The position numbers and the translations under genes were made by a program. A DNA stretch of 64,000 nucleotides from Candidatus Poribacteria bacterium (GTDB lineage Bacteria; Poribacteria; WGA-4E; WGA-3G), in assembly GCA_965214095.1 (NCBI GenBank), contig OZ243938.1:1184001-1248000 (forward strand). Reading direction: 5' to 3'. Position 1 is the stretch's first letter. Every line of letters starts with the position of its first letter. This document shows positions 59,537 through 64,000 of the stretch, one piece after another. The notes beneath the pieces were generated by a model. It ran no database searches and was not told where the DNA came from. It saw only the letters and a program-made list of their open reading frames with translations.

Positions 59537-60595
59537 TCAACTAAAAATCGCAATTTCAATCGCACGACGTTCCTTTGTTGCACGTCTTGCTGCATCAATA
59601 ATCGCAAGGTTTTGGTATGCCTTATCAGCACTTATTGGCAACGGATTGTTCTCAGCAAGTGCATTAAAGGTTGCAGTAAAATATCCAGCATGTCCACTTG
59701 AATCTTTCAATCCTTCTTCATCAAGGTCGGTAAGTTCAATTTGTTTCCATCCTTCTGCTCTGGTATGTTTTTGTAGTGCCTCTCGAACATTGTACCGATG
59801 TTTAACTCTCAGAGAACTATTTTCGGCATGCACTTCACACCAACCAAAATCGGTCGCAGGAACACTCCAAGCACCAGAAACAGTGGTTACTGCTCCATTT
59901 TCATGTTCAAGTAAAAGCATTGCAAAATCGTCAACATCAATGTCCAGAACCATTGTTCGGACACGCGCCTCAACATAACGAACTGGTGATTGCACTAATG
60001 TACATACAGAATAGATTTCATGATAACTGGTATCACTTATACAACCACCACCTTTTGACTTACTTGCTCGCCATGCAAACGCTGGATTCGGATGATTGGC
60101 GTTGAAATCAGTTGATCTCAATCCCATTCCAGTACTGCGTCCATAATATGTAGTTCCTAATTCAGGTAGCTGCGCTATTGCAGTTTGCATGCCAGCGGTA
60201 TAGAGATAGTTATGTACTATTGTATATGGTACGTTATTCTGATTAACTGCCTCCATAATCTGATTTGCTTCTTCAATTGATGTCGCCATCGGCTTTTCGG
60301 AGATAATCGCTATTCCTGCCTGTGCCGATTCTGCCACCTGTTCTGCATGAAATGAATGTGGTGTTGCAATTGTTACCGCATCAATTCCAGCATTTGCCAA
60401 CATATCACGGTAATCTGAATATCTATGTTTCTCAGGAACATCAAATTCCTCACCAACCTTCTGCAGATTTTCAGAAACTATATCTGCAAGAGCGGATATT
60501 TTGACGGTCTCTGTCAGCGAATGATAGGCACGCGCATGGGTTTTTTGAACTATACCACCACAACCTATCAACCCTAAACGTAACGGTTTATTCAT
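59537..60595 (-). CDS. Gfo/Idh/MocA-family oxidoreductase
   Basis: LGLIGCGGI, IATPH..H, SEKPMA, GGG...D..YH. Confidence 0.92.
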   Translation of the reverse strand: MNKPLRLGLIGCGGIVQKTHARAYHSLTETVKISALADIVSENLQKVGEEFDVPEKHRYSDYRDMLANAGIDAVTIATPHSFHAEQVAESAQAGIAIISEKPMATSIEEANQIMEAVNQNNVPYTIVHNYLYTAGMQTAIAQLPELGTTYYGRSTGMGLRSTDFNANHPNPAFAWRASKSKGGGCISDTSYHEIYSVCTLVQSPVRYVEARVRTMVLDIDVDDFAMLLLEHENGAVTTVSGAWSVPATDFGWCEVHAENSSLRVKHRYNVREALQKHTRAEGWKQIELTDLDEEGLKDSSGHAGYFTATFNALAENNPLPISADKAYQNLAIIDAARRATKERRAIEIAIFS

Positions 60596-60671
60596 GATAC
60601 CCTCCTTTTTTAGAGTGTATCATAATTCACTTATGAATCAAACAAATTTCTAACACCTGATCTGAAGAATC

Positions 60672-60680
60672 TGCTATAAT
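60672..60680 (+). promoter_or_regulatory. Extended -10 promoter candidate
   Basis: TGCTATAAT 35 bp upstream of 60715. Confidence 0.5.
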
Positions 60681-60714
60681 AAAGGGCATATATCTATACA
60701 GAAAGGACTTATTA

Positions 60715-62211
60715 ATGAGCAAAGAAGAAAACAAAAACAGTGATGAAGAAAAATCTGAGGATAAAGACAAATCTGTTCCTGAAGATAATCTATCTGTAAC
60801 ACATCATAGTGTTACAATTGATGGCAAGGAACTCAATTATACTGCGACTGCAGGCACACTTGTTTTGAAGGCTGAAGATGACAAAGAGGGTGAGAAACCG
60901 AAAGCCTCTATTTTCTTTGTCGCATACACGCTTGATGATGTAGAAGACGCTTCGAAACGACCTGTGACATTCTCATTTAACGGTGGTCCGGGTTCGTCAT
61001 CAGTTTGGTTGCATTTAGGTGTTTTGGGACCGCGTCGCGTTCAACCGGATGCTGATGGTAACCCACCACAACCCCCTTATCAACTGACTAACAATGAATT
61101 TTCCATACTTGATAAAACCGATCTTGTTTTTATTGATCCGGTCAGCACAGGTTTCAGTCGCGCAGTTCCAGGTGAGGAAGCAAAGCAATTCCACGGGCTT
61201 CAAAAGGATATTGAATCTGTTGGGAACTTTATACTACTTTACTTAGGACGTTACAAACGTTGGCGTTCACCCAAATTCCTTATCGGTGAAAGTTATGGCA
61301 CAACGCGTGCTTGCGGTCTATCAGGTTACCTACAAGATAGAAACGGTACTTACTTGAACGGTATCATGCTCGTCTCTGTCGTCCTGAACTTTCAAACAAT
61401 TCGGTTTGCAGTGGGTAACGATTTGCCTTACATCTTATTTCTACCGACTTATGCTGCGACTGCTTTCCATCATAACAAACTGACAGAATTGGAAACTTCA
61501 GCAGAAGATAGTTTTGAAAAGATTTTGGATGAAGTGCGAGACTTTGCTTTAGGAGATTATAGCGTCGCAATGATGCAAGGCTCAAACGTCTCTGATCGCA
61601 GAAGGCAAACGATTGTAAAGAAACTTGCGATGTATACAGGGTTGACAACCGAATACATTGAAAAAACCGATTTACGTATCAAGATAAACAGATTCTGTAA
61701 GGAATTGCTCCGAGATGAAGGTAAAACTGTAGGACGTTTTGATAGTCGTTTCACTGGTATTGACCGAGACTCCGCTGGTGAAAATTACGAATATGATCCA
61801 AGCTCAGCGGTGATACAAGGTGCGTATACTGCTACGTTAAACGATTATGTGCGTGGAGACCTTGAATTTGAAAGCGACCTCCCCTATGAAATCCTGAGCG
61901 GACGTGTACATCCGTGGGACTATGGCAGCCATCAAAACGAATATGTGAATGTCGCAGATACGCTCCGTAAAGCAATGACCACTAATCCATCATTGAAAGT
62001 ATATGTCGCAAACGGTTATTTTGATTTAGCTACACCATTCTTAGCAACGGAATACACCTTCTCACATCTTGGGTTGGATAAATCACTGCAGGATAACATC
62101 ACGATGTCCTATTATAAGGCTGGACACATGATGTATATTGATATGGATGAATTGAAAAAAATGAAAGAAGATATGGACGCATATCTTGATGACGTTCTAT
62201 CTGATATTTAG
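60715..62211 (+). CDS. Serine carboxypeptidase, S10 family
   Basis: FNGGPGSSS, DLVFIDPVSTGFS, GESYGTTR, GYFDLATP, AGHMMY. Confidence 0.93.
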   Translation: MSKEENKNSDEEKSEDKDKSVPEDNLSVTHHSVTIDGKELNYTATAGTLVLKAEDDKEGEKPKASIFFVAYTLDDVEDASKRPVTFSFNGGPGSSSVWLHLGVLGPRRVQPDADGNPPQPPYQLTNNEFSILDKTDLVFIDPVSTGFSRAVPGEEAKQFHGLQKDIESVGNFILLYLGRYKRWRSPKFLIGESYGTTRACGLSGYLQDRNGTYLNGIMLVSVVLNFQTIRFAVGNDLPYILFLPTYAATAFHHNKLTELETSAEDSFEKILDEVRDFALGDYSVAMMQGSNVSDRRRQTIVKKLAMYTGLTTEYIEKTDLRIKINRFCKELLRDEGKTVGRFDSRFTGIDRDSAGENYEYDPSSAVIQGAYTATLNDYVRGDLEFESDLPYEILSGRVHPWDYGSHQNEYVNVADTLRKAMTTNPSLKVYVANGYFDLATPFLATEYTFSHLGLDKSLQDNITMSYYKAGHMMYIDMDELKKMKEDMDAYLDDVLSDI

Positions 62212-62266
62212 CTCTCATATTTGAAGATTCAGTTATTAATTGGGTAATTCTCATTTTCTCAAACCT

Positions 62267-62294
62267 GGTAGGTGTGGTTTCCTAACCGCACCGG
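62267..62294 (+). repeat. Single family A REP (GTAGGTGTGGTTTCCTAACCGCACC)
   Basis: Same GGTTTCCTAACC core with different stem bases. Confidence 0.75.
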
Positions 62295-62360
62295 ACATCA
62301 CCACAAAACTTACCTGATTTATTTCTTATCTCCATATCCTATTAGAGTTACAAGGTTGGT

Positions 62361-63407
62361 ATGAGTTACCAAAGAGACTTTGAAAATAGACTTAATGTGG
62401 CAGTCGTTGGTGTTGGTTCTCACGGTTATAGGAATGTCTTACCAACAATGACCTTTCTCCCAGTTCGGTTGAAAGCATTTTGTGATGTTAACATTGATCG
62501 TGCCAAAATAACTGCAGAACAGTATGGTGTGCCACGGTGTTATGCCGACATGTCAGAGATGTTCAGGAATGAGGAATTGGATGCAATTTTCCTGTGTGTT
62601 CCACCACGTCTACATCCTGAACTGACGTGTCAGGCATTAGATGCTGGTCTTCATGTCTGGTTAGAAAAACCACCAGGGATGTTTGCTCGTGAAGTTGAGG
62701 AGATGATACGGCACAGAAAAGACCGTGTCGCCGTTGTGGGATTCAAGAAAGCGTTCATGCCTGCAACTCAGAAAATCATTGAAATCTTTGATTCAGAAGA
62801 CTACGGTCCATTACGAACATTATTCGGTATCTATCCAATGACCATTCCAAATGACGGTGAACGCATTCTTCGCGATGGAGAACATACCAATTGGCTTCAA
62901 AATGGTGTGCATCCGTTGTCACTATTATTAGCAATCGGTGGTAAGGTTTCAGCTGTCACAGTGCATCGTGGTAAACGAGGTGGTGGCGTTTGTGTTTTAC
63001 ATTTTGCTAACGGCGCACTCGGGAATTTTCATCTTGCAGATGGGGCAAGACACGGACAACCCTCCGAACTTTACCAGTTTTTCGGTGATGGTTGTCATGC
63101 TGAAATTCGCAACGGAACACAGATTATTCTCCAACGCGGTATGCGATTCGATTACACCGGAAGTACAAGTTTCGTGGCAGAAGGTTTTGACAGTGGGGCA
63201 ATTGTCTGGGAACCACAGAACAGTCTCGGCACACTTGAAAATAAAGGACTCTTTATCCAAGGTTTCTACCAAGAAATGCGATATTTCTGTGATTGTATAC
63301 TGGAGGGAAAACCCGCAGTGAAAGGATCGCTCGAGTTTGCATTAGAGGTTATGAAGGTGTATGAAGCGGGGCTGCGTTCAGACGGTGATACGGTTATTGT
63401 TACATAA
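62361..63407 (+). CDS. Gfo/Idh/MocA-family oxidoreductase
   Basis: VAVVGVG, H......[13 protein letters not shown]. Confidence 0.9.
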   Translation: MSYQRDFENRLNVAVVGVGSHGYRNVLPTMTFLPVRLKAFCDVNIDRAKITAEQYGVPRCYADMSEMFRNEELDAIFLCVPPRLHPELTCQALDAGLHVWLEKPPGMFAREVEEMIRHRKDRVAVVGFKKAFMPATQKIIEIFDSEDYGPLRTLFGIYPMTIPNDGERILRDGEHTNWLQNGVHPLSLLLAIGGKVSAVTVHRGKRGGGVCVLHFANGALGNFHLADGARHGQPSELYQFFGDGCHAEIRNGTQIILQRGMRFDYTGSTSFVAEGFDSGAIVWEPQNSLGTLENKGLFIQGFYQEMRYFCDCILEGKPAVKGSLEFALEVMKVYEAGLRSDGDTVIVT

Positions 63408-63522
63408 TGTGCATTATGTCAATAAAGATCAAATAGACGCAGAAGTTACAGAAGTTCTTGATACAATCTTAGAAGTTGCAAACAAAGCAAAACCCTTGAG
63501 CAGTTTGTAGATCGGAGGAAAA

Positions 63523-64000
63523 GTGGAATACAGAAGATTAGGAAATAGTGGGCTAAAAGTATCTGAAATCTGTTTAGGTACTATGACCTTTGGGCACGGA
63601 GCAGATGAAACGGAATCCATACGTATGGTACATCTGGCTTTGGATGCAGGTGTTAACTTCTTTGATACTGCCAATTCGTACGGAGAAGGCGAATCAGAGA
63701 AAATACTCGGAAAAGCTCTCAAAGGCAGACGACGTGATGCAGTCGTAGCAACCAAGTTCTTTAATCCGATGGGGAAAGGTCCAAATGATTCTGGGATGTC
63801 TCGCGTGCACATCATGCAAGCAATAGACGACAGTCTTAAACGACTTCAGATGGAATATGTAGACATCTATTATATCCACCACGTTGACACACAAACACCA
63901 TTAGAGGAGATGCTCCGTGCATTAGATGACCTTGTTCATCAAGGGAAAGTCCGTTACACAGCATGCAGCAACTACCAAGCATGGCGATTATCCGATGCTT
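63523..64000 (+). CDS. Aldo/keto reductase (partial, runs off the window)
   Basis: GTG after GGAGG; EYRRLGNSGLKVSEICLGTMTFG, FFDTANSY, SE.ILG, ATKF, SLKRL..EY.DIY. Confidence 0.92.
   Translation, partial: MEYRRLGNSGLKVSEICLGTMTFGHGADETESIRMVHLALDAGVNFFDTANSYGEGESEKILGKALKGRRRDAVVATKFFNPMGKGPNDSGMSRVHIMQAIDDSLKRLQMEYVDIYYIHHVDTQTPLEEMLRALDDLVHQGKVRYTACSNYQAWRLSDA

Overview
AT-rich bacterial chromosomal segment. It is probably Candidatus Poribacteria (inference from the LamG protein ending in 'LSVTPKDKLATTWGKMK', the cadherin-repeat lipoprotein and the dense GTAG-type REP repeats). Housekeeping blocks: nadB, valS, hpf-rpoN-lptBAC-lpxL-like, mtaB-rsmE-rpe-PASTA-fmt-lspA, yggT-proC-yggS, pgeF, tatAC. 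The most striking observations are: (1) an intact 856-aa IleRS1-derived ORF at the canonical ileS-lspA position that has lost HIGH, KMSKS and the editing motifs, i.e. an apparent pseudo-synthetase; (2) an IS4-family element inserted in a REP hairpin, duplicating the whole 20-bp stem-loop, with an IS-free copy of the same repeat at 9.7 kb; (3) an operon-like tandem array of at least 5 paralogous acidic secreted proteins (6 domains) with conserved ends and variable centres; (4) an ~85-aa insertion in sigma-54; (5) several REP/REPIN families, some sharing terminal flanks; (6) two apparently identical frameshifted IS5-like copies, one cleanly splitting a small membrane-protein gene; (7) a frameshifted fmt; (8) a cadherin adhesin preceded by a stand-alone paralog of its own N-terminal domain. 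No rRNA, tRNA or CRISPR array was recognised. All calls were made by eye, without database searches.
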